61,472 bases of DNA, from assembly GCA_032718475.1 (NCBI GenBank), contig JAUCBJ010006934.1:1-61472 (forward strand), written 5' to 3'. The position numbers were made by a program, and so were the translations under genes. Positions 13,701 to 25,873 of the stretch are shown here, piece by piece (the first letter of the stretch is position 1; each line of letters starts with the position of its first letter). Below the pieces are notes generated by a model. That model worked only from the letters and a program-made list of their open reading frames with translations. It made no database searches and was not told where the DNA came from. This DNA comes from Nemertoderma westbladi (taxonomy: Eukaryota; Animalia; Xenacoelomorpha).

Positions 13701-14293
13701 GGGAGAGTGTGGCCGACTACCACATTCAAGCGCAGATGCGTTGGTTACCATTTAAGGCGGGATACGGTTTCTGGGCAGTAGACCCCTCTCACGTTGCATA
13801 TGAGCCGTATTTACAGTCTTTGCCACAGTATCAAGAGCTCATCCTGACCGCTCAAGACCTTCCACAAAACACTGGAGTTATCGTAGTCCGAGAATACTTT
13901 AGACAGTTAAATATGGATAACAAGTATACTTGGAACTTTGTTGCCATTTGCGACCGGATTACAAAAGGTCTGTTTTCGGAAACTAGAAAAGTGGTACGCG
14001 CACGAGGTGATTGGAGGATGGCGGCTATACAATACCGCAACGAATTCTTGTTGACTCATGTACCAGTGGGGTCATTGACCGCTGAGAGGATACAGGAACA
14101 GAGAATCACAGCGACCACAACGTCGACCGCTGGAGCTCAAGGCTCGCGGAAAGAACCAGGAGGAGAGGTCCAAGACAAGCGTCAAGTCAAGGATGACCAC
14201 TGTCACTCTATTATAGAAGCGCAGAGATTGCCGCGCAAGGCGCAGGGAGCGTCGGAAAAGGCGCGAGTACCGAAAGAGGTGAGGTCTCTATAG
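10792..14293 (+). pseudogene. Accessory ORF of the BEL element: unknown N-terminus + DEDDy-like (WRN/EXD/RNase D family) 3'-5' exonuclease + 3x CCHC zinc knuckle; two frameshifts
   Basis: ORFs 10792-11664, 11583-13361 and 13223-14293 join after removing one GCGCG unit (11533-11547) and restoring one C near 13355. ExoI FYDNEG, LPKKVREAIL..VKVGSGVQSD (ExoII), FVDT, W..PP..LQYYLVLE (ExoIII); CX2CX4HX4C three times at ~13463-13640. Confidence 0.75.
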
Positions 14294-16053
14294 GGTGCTC
14301 GCAACAGGCGGCGGCGGACTCGTGAGGGTCTGGGGGCACGTTAAATCTCCTTTTCAAAGTGCAAGGGAGATACTGATGGCCCTCGTGTCTAGCGAACCAT
14401 GAATCAACATGGTGCCGTGGTTCCGTCTAGTCGGCCTGTTGCCGTACTGCCAGTCCTGTACACAGTAGGGGTGGTGGCATGGCGTGATTTGTGGTGTCAT
14501 GTGGTGTGAACTGTGGTTTGTATGTGGGCGATCAGTGGCAGTTGCTTGGGGCTCGGATGGGTTCCTTTGACCATCAGCTGTTCCGTTTTTTTGATACTAT
14601 ATGTTATTGTCTCCATGTTCAGCTGATTGGTCTTTGAGATTTGTTTGGGCTTTTGAGTTTTCTGTTGCTGTGGGTACGTGAGTACACGTGATTGTGTGTA
14701 TGGCCACTGCGAGTGAGTGTGGGAAACCTTGCCAGTTGGCTCAGTCGCCGCTGGTATTAGTAGGACCATATTTTACTGCGCCCCAGCATACTTTGTGCAC
14801 ACAAAGTTATTTTGCCCTGACGGCAAAATAAAGTACTCTCGACTATCTCTTTCGCGATGTCTCTAGTCGATACAACTAGTCCCTCTCGATTTTGACCCCG
14901 ATTTTGTCTTTCCCGATTATGACCTCTGTGTGTGCATGGTATGTGTCCAATTTGTGTACTTGATATTGTGAACATCTGTTGAGTACACGTGTACAGTGAC
15001 TGGTAAGTGGTTACTTGTTCTTAGCTTTTGAGCAAGACAGTATTGTTTTTCAATACTGCCGGCGAGGCAGGTGAAAATGAGTCAAAATTCCATGTTGGGT
15101 AGCGCAAGCCCACATGGGACAAGACCGTCGGTTAGGCCCAAGGGCGACCTTGGTGCTCGATCGCTATCGACTGGTCCACCTGCCGGTTGACTCTCTGAGT
15201 TGGCTCAATGTACAGTCAGGCCACAGTAAGTTGACAGTAGCCGCCTATCTGGCTACACGTTCGACGAGCTGTGCCGGTGTGATCGGGGAATTGAAAATTG
15301 AACCCGGGAAGCATCGGGCCACCCCCCGGCCCGGTCTGATAATAACATCAGTCGGACTGGCCCCAGGGGTGGTGGAAACACGTCCGCCTCATGGGTGCGC
15401 CTCAGGGAGGAGCCCAGAAGGACGAAAGCGGCAACTGCAGAAGGAAGAGTTGGCGGAAGCGACCACAGGAGCACGACAATTGGGACGAGGCCGAGGTAGA
15501 AGTACCAGCTGGGAGTCTGTCGGGGCTCAGGGAACATCGTCGCCGGTTCCGGGGAGTGACGCCTCACGGACGCCGTCAACAGAGTCTACAGGGGGTAGAC
15601 TGGTGTATCTGGGAAGAGGGCGAAAGAGGGTAGCGAGCCCAAAGAACCCAGGAGCGGGTCGATAATACATTATAGCACAGGGCGACAGACTCTAGATATA
15701 TACATCATCGTCGCTCTGATGTATATTGTAGCATTTTAGAAATATCCGACTAGACTCATATACACTAGTTGAGCTGTTTTGAATTTATATTATGAGAGAG
15801 GCGAAGGAAGTGATTGGGGAGACAAACCTGCGGGTTTGGCTTACTCCTTTCACTTGCCCTAGCAAAAATTTTATATTTGATCTTGTATGTAGTAATCATT
15901 ATGTAGTACGAACGAGAAACAATATTTTGTAAATTTAATTTGTATGTAATAATCGTTAAACAGTGAGAGAGATAATATTTGTAAAATTAATTTGTATGCA
16001 ATTCATTATGCAATATTGTAAACGTTCGAATAAACATTATAAAATAATAAAAA

Positions 16054-16086
16054 CCGACGCGTTTCGAATTTTAATTCGTCTTCAGG
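16054..16086 (-). ncRNA. Minimal hammerhead ribozyme motif (inverted copy)
   Basis: Reverse complement of cCTGAAGAcgaattaaaattcGAAAcgcgTCgg. Confidence 0.6.
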
Positions 16087-16200
16087 TATATAATATTATT
16101 TATATATTATATTATTTTATATTATATATTATATTATTATATTATATATTATATTATATTATATATATTTTATTATTATAATATAATATTATATTATATA

Positions 16201-16233
16201 CCTGAAGACGAATTAAAATTCGAAACGCGTCGG
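16201..16233 (+). ncRNA. Minimal type I hammerhead ribozyme motif
   Basis: CUGAAGA core, stem II GAAUU/AAUUC, GAAA, palindromic ACGCGU stem III, GUC cleavage triplet; stem I is weak. Confidence 0.62.
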
Positions 16234-16443
16234 TTTTTATTATTTTATAATGTTTATTCGAACGTTTACAATGTTAACTCTAGCTACTTTATTATGCAAT
16301 ATCTATAGCAATATTTTGTAAATAGTAGGATTTATAGTATCAAGTATTTAGATTATTTGAAAGGAAATTTATTTTGTTTGTATACATCACCTTATACTCT
16401 TCTACAGTTGGAGGGAAACATTGTATGATTTCCCTTGGAGCGG

Positions 16444-18676
16444 TGTTACGGTATATGGCGCTGTACACATTATTAGCCATTATACAGTATAATATATTGG
16501 TCCATTATGCAGTATAATATATTAGTCCGTTATACTGTACGCAATATTAGTCCGTTATGCAGTATAATATTTTAGATAAGATATAATAGCGAGGTGATAT
16601 TTAGATAGGGAAATTGAAACGCCCATATATTTTGAACTCATCCATTTTGTATAGTATGTAGCCCTACCTACGTAATTTTGTATTAAGATATAAGTAGATA
16701 GTTCCAGGGTAGCAAGTTCAGTTGGACCCTGGATTTTGTGCTTGCTGTTATTAGCTTCGATAGGGCTAGCATCTAGGGACGCTATCCTAACCATTCCGCA
16801 GCCAGGGACATGATCCATTACCATATATGGTAATAATTTGAGGGTTTGGGAAGCAATAGGGCTACAATCCGGCTTTCTAATTGGACTAACTGCTTCCAGG
16901 TTGGTCTAATGCTAGCGCGGACTGGAGAGCCAATAGGAGAGCGATTGCATCACCCTTATTGCATCACCCTTCTCGGATCACCTATAAATTGGCGGTTTGC
17001 TGGTAGAGCTGTACCAATTCCCTATTCCCTCAGTCCTTATTACCAATCTCTATATCACCCTTCACCTACTTTTAGGAGTACAATTTTGTGCGTATTTTCT
17101 GCATTTCTACCTTTGATTAATTTTCTTGAAATGATTTGCAAATTTATAATTTCTGTTTGATTCTTGTTGTGTTTCTCAATCAATCTCAAAGATTACTGCT
17201 AATTACATCATGGAACTGTGATTTCTACCCTTTTGTTAATGGTTCTATGTAATTCTTTTCGACGCAATAATCCTACGGGATTTCTGAGACTGTCAGACTT
17301 GTGATTTGCATGCGCCGCTACGGTAGCTATTCAATCAATGGAGGGCTAAGGTGCCAGTAGGCGGTGGGCTCATCGGGGGGTTAGCGACGAAGGGAGTGCG
17401 GAGGATTCAAAGGCGGGCAACGCTGGCGGGGGTCAACGTTGTGGTCGGGCAATTTGGGCTGTAGGTTGGAGACCGCTCGCTGGTACAGTAATTAGGGGGC
17501 TGATGATCCAGGTTTTGTCTCTATTTAGTATTAGGGGGCAGGAATTGGGTTAGTTAGGAAGCCTAGATGTACCCGGGAGGGGCCTGCATACCTCACAGTA
17601 GATTGCGAATTAGTCAATTGCGAATTATTATGTTGCGAATTATATAATTGCAGATTGTATAATTGCAAGTCGTGCTATTGTGATCTGTGATTGCTGACGC
17701 TGATTGGTGTGTTACTGAAGTGTGCCTATGATTACGAATGCTTAGGTAGGCGCCCCTTTCTCTTTGATTGATTTCTATTTCTTAGTTACAACAAATAATT
17801 ACTGATTAGGTCAAAGTAATACGGCATTTTAGGCTATTACTAGCGAAACCTGTTGTGTAATAAATTAGAATTACGCATTCTGGAACTCTTAGTAATTAGT
17901 ACGCTGTTACATATTTGTGACTGTAATTGATTAGTAAAATTAAGAATTAGTACGCAGCATAGCGGAGAGTAGCTAAGGTAATAATTTAGAGTACCGTAAA
18001 CTATTCACGCTGAGCGGTTATTTGCATTAGCGGGCAATAAGCTAGATCGCAGTAGTCAGTACGCAAGACACTAGTAAATTGCTGGCCTAAAGCCAGCTGC
18101 AGGCAAGTTTAGACCCAGAGCGGTATCACCTACGAAAGACATTGTACTGTACCATTATTCGATATTTTAAATATTCTCGCATTCACACATTCCGTTAGGG
18201 AACCCTCAGTATTCGCGATTAGAAGAGACGTAAGCATTGGCGTATTTCAGTGGTAAAATTAGGCGTAAGAATATACTCTGAGTGCAAAGCCCCTCGCACT
18301 CGTCTTAAGTAAGCTTAGGGAGCCGACTCGGGTTTATTGTTTTGGTTATTCCCGCGTGGCTCATAGATTCGAACAGTTAGCTCTCTATCGAGCGATCGGT
18401 AGAGAAAGGAACAAGCGATTTTGCAGGAGCCGTGTAAATTTAGTAAAATATATTAGCGGACGGTAGATTAGCGCCATCCAACGGTAAGTAGCGGTTTTGT
18501 ATTTAGCAACCTTTACAATTTAGTAATAGCACGCTCCTGATCCCCTTTACTTAACAGTAGAGCAGTCTTTGTGTCTTATTGGTTAGGCGAGAGCTCATTA
18601 GGTTGGCAGAGAGGTATACGGGTATTTGTCTGTTCAACAGTTCTGCTGTTAGTATAGGTGTCGCGGTTGTTTATCA
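16444..18676 (+). repeat. Putative long 3' LTR of the BEL element (truncated)
   Basis: Starts TGTTAC right after a purine-rich tract; CCAAT at ~16930 and TATAAA at ~16983; no second copy in the window to confirm. Confidence 0.5.
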
Positions 18677-18790
18677 CTAGGCTAAGATAACTGGGGAATG
18701 TTCTCAGCCTAGGCTTAGACGACTGAGGAGTGTTCTCAGCCTAGGCTGAGACGACTGGGGAGTCATTTCAAGAGGGAGTTATCTCAGCCT
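18677..18790. repeat. Remainder of the right terminal array of the foldback element
   Basis: Reverse complement of the 1-128 units; continues seamlessly from 647 (ctcagcc|taggctaag). Confidence 0.75.
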
Positions 18791-19729
18791 TGTACACCGG
18801 TAAAACTGAACTCCATCTGCTTCTAAATATTATGCCAGATAACTGTTAATTATATTTTTAATTAAATTTTTATTGATTACAATAATAACAGACATCCATA
18901 ATTCCACCATCCAACAGACATCCAGCATAATCCATCTTCAAATATAGTCGATTATTCTTTTATTTCAAATTAAATTGATGATAAATCAATAATTTTTTTC
19001 AAAATTGTATCACGGCCTCAATGCTAAAGATACAGCTTATATGAGGACAAATTGTAAAAAACTACGATTGAGGATTCAAAAGAAACTTACCAAAGGCCGC
19101 CAATATTATAACTGTCAGCATATAGTTAAACATAGTTCAGTGAGAACAATGTATTTTATTATTTTGTATTTGCTAGAAATAATTGTTTGTAAAATAATGC
19201 ATAATATTATCAATAGTAGTGCATATTATATTAAACAACTGTCATTATGGCTAATTTTATATGCGTTTAAAACCTAATCCAAACAATAACAATCAATAAA
19301 TCACAACACTCAACACTCTAAATTGTATTGCGTATATTTTCTTAAGAAAATTATGGATTGTGTAAAAAGGATTAAACAGGAATTATAATATAACATATGG
19401 TGACAACAAAATAAACACTCTAAATATTGAATGATATTGAATCAATACTGAAAACCATATGTAACCAACCTACTTGCATGGGATAGCAGGGTGAATGAGC
19501 CGATTAGTGAGTGTATGTTTAGACACAGGAGTACTTTCTTATTGTCCTTCATTCATCGTTTCCATTTACATTATTGGTATTGGTATTACGACGACAAGAC
19601 AAATTCTATTCAGAAGTCTTGTATCCAAATTTCGGTTTTTCGGTTCAAATCGGTTTTTTCTTTCTAAAACCAATCTTATTCATAATTGTGGTTCACTATG
19701 TTCTACGCATGTCCTTAGATTATCACAAT

Positions 19730-20350
19730 GATAATGGGGTGTCATGGTAACTCCACCTACTGGCTCCAGAAGTCGAGGAAATCCTGCCAAGTACCTAACT
19801 GATATAGACTTTGCTGATGACTTAGGAGTACTCTCAGAATCACTAGAGGGAGCCCAACGGCTCCTCAGCTCATTAGAACAGGCTGCATCTAGTGGTAGAC
19901 GTTAACTCCAAAAGACCAAAATTTTGACAGTTAACTTTGAAAATCATCAGCAAATCTCTTAGCAAGCAAGTATGCTTGAGCATGTGGACAACTTCTGTTA
20001 CCTGGGATCTTGGATCCGGATCCACATTCACAATAATGCTACGCCGGGTCCACTGTGTCAAGTACAATGCACACATCTCCATCCAGACACTATATAACAT
20101 TGGAGGTATCTCATTGGTTCCCCTAAACTTGACACTAGATCAAAACCGCCTCCGCTTAGCAGGAGATTTGCACAATCTTGTGTTTTAGCAGCCTCATGGA
20201 GAAAATAAGCATGGTGGATAGCCCATGACTTTCGTGAGACGCCTCCTAAAGGACACTGGCCTTAAAGATGCAGATAATCTCACGAAAATCAGGGGGGATA
20301 CGGAGTTGTGGCGGTTCAATTTTGTTGATAAGCCGGCACAGCATTCTTGC
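19730..20350 (+). mobile_element. Degenerate RTE-clade LINE, RT and 3' region
   Basis: Translates PAKYLTDIDFADDLGVLSESLEGAQRLL; 3' part homologous to 21170-21450. Confidence 0.8.
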
Positions 20351-20732
20351 ACTCGACATCCAATGCTTAGCACTCTGCATCATCCGAGGGATGTTGAAAA
20401 ACAGCCGACTGGCTGTATTATAAGCCGTACGTAATTTGGCTTGGGCATTGTCAGAGTAATTTGTCCTTGACCATAGCGCGTTGCCATATATATTTTTACA
20501 TATGCACGGAATAGACGTGCCTTAACAAAATTATTACTAAGAACTGAATTTCCTAATAAGATAATTAATTCTAGCGTAAAGACTACAAGTTTGTCGTTTT
20601 ATATCGTAGTCATCATCTGTGAAAGAATGTAGCACGTGGCCTAAATATATAAATTTATCTACACGTTCAATAGGAGTATCATCTATACAGTACACTACCA
20701 AAATGAGACTTTGCACAACATTTAGGAGAATA

Positions 20733-21035
20733 ATACACGTTCGTGGGGCCTTCGCGCAGCACGAAGTGAGCAAAACCTTTAGCATATGGGCACCATTAAC
20801 GAGTGGTCTGCCGTTAGTTAGAAGTCTTCAACACAATACTCGTCCTCCTCTTGTGCCTCGTTGCGTTCGTTCGTTTTTGACCAAACTTCAGATTCTTTCT
20901 AAACTTTTGACGGACTACATACATACCACCGAGTTATTAGCGATCAAAAATTTACGACGACAGACGACGACGAAGACGACGACGACAGACGACGACAGAC
21001 GACGACAGACAACTCGCCAATTGCACCCATATGCT
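20733..21035 (+). mobile_element. Short non-autonomous interspersed repeat with (GAC)n/GACA microsatellite, HINE/DINE-1-like
   Basis: Near-identical reverse copy at 40786-41140; partial copies at 36464-36798 and 41452-41583; internal inverted repeat agcatatgggcacc/gcacccatatgct. Class is inferred. Confidence 0.6.
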
Positions 21036-21039
21036 GAGA

Positions 21040-21493
21040 TTCGGAAGTCACAGAGAATTAATCGGAAAATTAAGGTCCGATTATTTAGAGCAGCAGTAGT
21101 TCCAGTACTCCTCGAGGAAGTCCATGCTGGGCTCTAACAGCTGAGGACACCAAATCTCTGGATGGCACATTCATACATTGGAGGTGTCTCATTGGTTCCC
21201 CCAAGCTTGACACTAGAACAAAGTCGCCTCCGCTTCGCAGGACATTGCTATCGCCGAGAGGACCAGCCAGTGCATAATCTTGTGCTTTGGCAGCCTCATG
21301 GAGTGAATAAGCATGGTGGACAGCCCATGACTTTCTTGAGACGCATCTTAAAGGACACTGGCCTTAAAGATGCGGATGATCTAGCAAATGTCATAGGTGA
21401 TAGGGAGTTGTGGCGGCGCAATTTTGTTGACAAGCCGGCACAGCATTCTTAAAAATGCAGCTGCAATGCAGCATGCCGATCCTGGTAGTAGTA
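21040..21493 (+). mobile_element. 5'-truncated RTE LINE 3' end with (TAG)n tail
   Basis: KIKVRLFRAAVVPVLL, RLRFAGHCYR; ends gatcctggtagtagta. Confidence 0.8.
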
Positions 21494-24400
21494 TAATACA
21501 AACAATTTGTCTTCTTAAGGTTCAATTTAATTGAACAAAGGTCGGCATATTCTTTGCAAATATTTATTAGTTGTTGCAACCCATAGACAGTGTTAGATAG
21601 ATCGTCACCATATCCTAAGTGATAAATGGGTTTACCATTAATTACACAGCCATAACCTGATCTATTTAAAGCTTTGCTTAAATATCATCTATTGTATAAA
21701 TAAGGGCTGAGAATACAGCCTTGTTTGGTACCATTATTTACAGAAAATCTATCAGAGTTATAACTAAACTACCCCAACTAACAAAAAGTTGTTGGTTACG
21801 ATACAAGTAAGCAATGATTCTTACAAAGATAAGGGGAACACCTCTTGTAATTAATTTAGAAAATAATAGGTAATGATTCTCACGATCAAAAGCTTTACTA
21901 GTAGAGTCGATCTCGAAAAGCTTTACTAGTAGAGTCGATCATGCATGTTAACACAGGATTATTATTTTATAAATAATAATTTACGACCTCTTTAAAGGCA
22001 TATACGCAAAATACGGTCCCAGAGTTTGGATTGAAACCGAACTGATTGTCGGCTGTTTCGAGGTGCTGTATAATAATATATTATTTAATTTAATATTAAT
22101 CGTTCAAATAGTTTGGAAAAAAATACTGATATAGAAATTCCCCTATAGTTTTCACGTAATGTGTTATCTCCAGTTTTATCCTTTATTAAAGGAATTAATT
22201 AATCTCGCTTTAATTAAAGAATGTGGCAAATATCCATGAATTAACATGGAATTAAATAAAGATGACAAGACAAACATACATATGCACAATAATTCTGTAC
22301 AATCCGTATTTCAGATGTTCAGATGAAATATTGTGTGCACCAATAGCTTTATCAATAGAAAGTAAACTAATAGATTTAAAAATATAAATCTTTGAAAATT
22401 CGTTAGAATTTTACTGAAGGAATCGATTTAAATTAATTATCCACAAACTTATGGCTGGTATCTGGTAGATCACTATTATAAGGAGTAGAAAAGTGTTCTT
22501 TCCATTGCTTTCCTATATTTTCCTACCCAATAGCACCCCCAACCTTATTAAGGAGGAGGGAGGGGGGGGGGGGGGGGGGGGGTCCTATTGGAGGACTGTT
22601 TCAAAATTCGAAATTAAATAACTACGTCTGTCATTTGATTTCAAATACATTTCAAATACGATTATCATTAAATATAACAGTTTCACCTTGGGACGCTATT
22701 GTTCTGCTCCACATAATAGCTAATCCTCCATGGGGTCTCCCCCGTAGTCAATGGGGTCTCCAGTACAATATTTAGTAGTCAACAGGGCTAATACCGTGAG
22801 CTAGGTACTTATCAGGGTTAATACCTAGTAAGAAATCTAAGTCCTGTTTTGTGAGCATATGCTCTTGCAGAAGTAAAATATCACAATTGCGATCGAAAAT
22901 TCTATCTAAAGCATATCTACATTCCGCCCGTGTTATCGAATTACAGTTGAATGAGTATATAGAAACAATGATTAAATTTATGCGAGAAAAGGAAAACATA
23001 AAAATATATAAAAATAATAATTACATATTTCACTGAAAAACTAATTAATGGTCACAGTAACAGAACCACTGCCATTATACCCACCAATCTGTCCCTAGCC
23101 GGGTTCGTAAACTTTGAGTTCTGGAAGTGGGTATATAAGGAGCAGATACGCACGTGGCGAGGCCACCCATCCGGACTTAGCAGATTCTCGCGATTGCCAT
23201 CGAGACATGAAAGCAAAAGGACTTGTGAATCGTCATATACGGGGCATTGTACTTGGCGCAGGTTGTAACTACGTTGAAGGTATCCTTAACATACGACATG
23301 ATCTTCTCCTCTCTCTGACACCATGGGGGAACAAGGAGAAGAGTCTGCCGCGGCTCAACTGTCTAAGGCCACCTGAAGCCTTTGTACCAGCAACTAACTT
23401 ACGCGGTTTTCTCCATCGACAGAAGATCACCTTATTGGTAGAACCACCACCAGTGTTGTGTTTGATACCTGATGGTAGCTTAGGCTTGTCTTTGTGAGTC
23501 TCCTGATGTTTACCATTGGCACCAACCTGCAGAAAGTCACCAGCTTCTGCAGGTTCAGCCGGATTGGTAATTGAACCTTTACTAGCGGATGGATTAACAA
23601 CTGCGTCATGATAAGCCTATTTGTATGCTACACCATCAGTGGTGGATACAGTGGCCGATGGACGGCTCGTAAGTATACTGGTTGCTGGTGCCCCATGTGT
23701 AATGGCGTGAGCAGCACAGCAGGCTTCCATAACCACGAGACGATCCTGTAGCGCACTAACAGTCCGGAGTACCCATATGCAGATACCCATATCCTCAGCG
23801 GATGTGTTGAACGGCGTGATATTTTCCAGATGATTATGGATAAACCGATGGGTCGGGGAAAGTTCCACGAATCCTGGGTAATCCAACACGTCCATGATAT
23901 CATTAAGTATGAGTTTCCTCATACCATCTCCACTCTGTCTTGACTTTGAGAACGGTTGTTTAGATCTGTTCCTATCCATCATTGGCAGCGTGTTGAGTAA
24001 TGCTCGCTTAGCATCCTTCAGCATTAAGTCCGTGAAATGCACCCATGGTTCAATCGTAGCTATAATGCTGCCGCACGTTATTCCTTTGCGTATATACGCA
24101 CTCCAGACATTTGACAACACATCGTTCTTGATGAAGTGACAGTTGTCTTTCCAGCCTCTTCATCAGTTCCAGTAGGCCCCATTTTGGCCCACGGCAGTAC
24201 AGAAGTATTGCAGTACAAGTTATGCAGTAATCCAAACATAGTAAATATAAGATACAATCAAATGAAGAATTAGTTCGCATTCACATATAATACAGATATG
24301 ACCCCATATAATTTATGTTGTTGAATCCAAGTTAGTTAATATGTAATATTTGTGAATATGGACTTTGTCTTCAAACTCAAATATAATACTAATGGATAAC

Positions 24401-25309
24401 GACTGCTTAAGTGATAACATACACTTGCTCCGTAATACATGGTATGTTGTCACATACTTGTTGGTAAACTATAAATAATAATTCAAAATAATTCTGAATT
24501 TTAATTAAAATTGTTTTTGAGAATAATAATTTGTTTCAGAAAGGTTATTCAAACAAATACATACAAATCTAACTACTATGTATAACTAGTAATATAACTA
24601 CTAATATTACTGGGTTGAGTGAGGTCGGACAGTGGAAAGAGATCCTTCCAGGCTCCCTGCTTTCCTTCAGTATCACTTTTTGGTCTATATATGTCATAGC
24701 GGGATCCTCCCTCATGTGCCACCTCATTTACAGTTTGCCAGGTAAGTCTTGATTGTTGCTGTAATTGACCAGTTGTAATTTCTTCAATCTAGTCCTGTAT
24801 GTACTTCTCCTGACTGAAGTTGTAGGCCCATTTAAGATCTTCCTTAGCTTTCTCAACCTTGTTGATGTTTTCGGTTGATGGTTGTTCGGTTTTTACTTGG
24901 TAGGCTATCTTAAAATCTTATCTCTTACAAAGTAACCTCAGAGACTTGCCATGGCACATACTGTTTTCGTTTAGGTTTCTGGGGGATATGCCTCTTAGCT
25001 GATTCCTTGTGGGCTGTTATTATATTCTGGTATATTGAATCGGTGGATTGGTCTTCATCCATTGACTGAAGTGCTTCAAAGCGGTTTTGATCTTCTACTG
25101 TGTAAGCATCCTTTACTGCATTGTCAGTTCTGAGTTTCTCCCAGTCATGGTTGATTTGCTTGCTTGTCCTGGATTTGCTGGCTCTCAAACTGAGTCTGAT
25201 CTCTGCAGTGACTTGTTTTGAAGTTTGAGTTTTGAACTTCTACTATCACTATGCAAGCATCCTTTACTGCATTGTCAGTTCTGAGTTTCTCCCAGTCATT
25301 GTTGACTCC

Positions 25310-25873
25310 TTTGCAGGACATTGCTTTCGCCGTGAGGACCAGCCAGTGCATAATCTTGTACTTTGGCAGCCTCATGGAGTGAATAGGCATGGTGGACAGC
25401 CCATGACTTTCTTGAGACGCATCTTAATAATAAATAAAAAAATAATAAATAAATTTTCTTCGGCCGCTAGGCCAGGGATTACGCACAAAGTCTGACGACT
25501 TATTTCCAGTGCGGTCCCCCCAGAACTTTACTCCCCAGAGGAAACTCCAGTACTCATTTAGCTACCACTTAAGGATGCAAGGCAGATATGCGCCCTGGCT
25601 GGTCCCTTTAAGGCATTCGTGCCGAAACGAAAACTGCCCTGGCCCATGTGAGGATCGAACCCACTACCTACAGGAGATGTGAATTCAATGCAACCACTAC
25701 ACCACGGTGGAACCTAGGAATCTTAAAGGACACTGGCCTTGAAGATGCGGATGATCTAGCAAATGTCATGGGTGATAGGGAGTTGTGGCGGCGTAATTTT
25801 GTCGACAAGCCGGTACAGCATTTTTAAAAATGCAGCTGCAATGCAGCATGCCGATACTAGTAGTAGTAGTAGT
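25310..25873 (+). mobile_element. RTE LINE 3' fragment with (TAG)n tail, containing a nested SINE
   Basis: Matches 21235-21493 on either side of the SINE. Confidence 0.8.
25428..25719 (-). mobile_element. tRNA-derived SINE
   Basis: Minus-strand A box TGGTGTAGTGG and B box GGTTCGATCC, AT-rich tail, TSD atcttaa (25421-25427, 25720-25726); empty site visible at ~21345. Confidence 0.85.

Larger units (their letters stand above)
3517..15839 (+). other. Seven dispersed copies of an 18-nt stem-loop CCAAACC-YGYG-GGTTTGG (3517, 6135, 8351, 10441, 11569, 13163, 15822)
   Basis: Read directly from sequence; most variants keep pairing through G-U wobble or a compensatory G-C pair. Confidence 0.85.
16017..16290. 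mobile_element. Penelope-like inverted pLTR remnant with 12-bp TSD
   Basis: ~80-bp perfect inverted arms around an AT microsatellite; direct repeat attatgcaatat at 16005-16016 and 16291-16302. Confidence 0.7.
767..18677 (+). mobile_element. BEL/Pao (Belpaoviridae) LTR retrotransposon with accessory ORF, both ends apparently truncated
   Basis: gag-pol 1621-10014, accessory ORF 10792-14293, PPT-like ggagcgg followed by TGTTAC at 16444, possible LTR end/PBS ACA|TGG at 959-964. Confidence 0.88.
20450..24300 (-). mobile_element. Degenerate APE-type LINE (ORF1 + endonuclease + RT), interrupted by younger insertions
   Basis: SFNCNS..DILLLQEH and GRPHGGL endonuclease motifs (22720-22990), TKQGCILSP and HLGYGDD RT motifs (21600-21730), FIYLGH (~20640), ORF1-like 23617-24120. 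Confidence 0.78.

Noticed and set aside
15114-15665. 183-aa ORF as another accessory gene
   Set aside because: GC-rich, low complexity, several frames open, no recognisable motif; cannot be supported.
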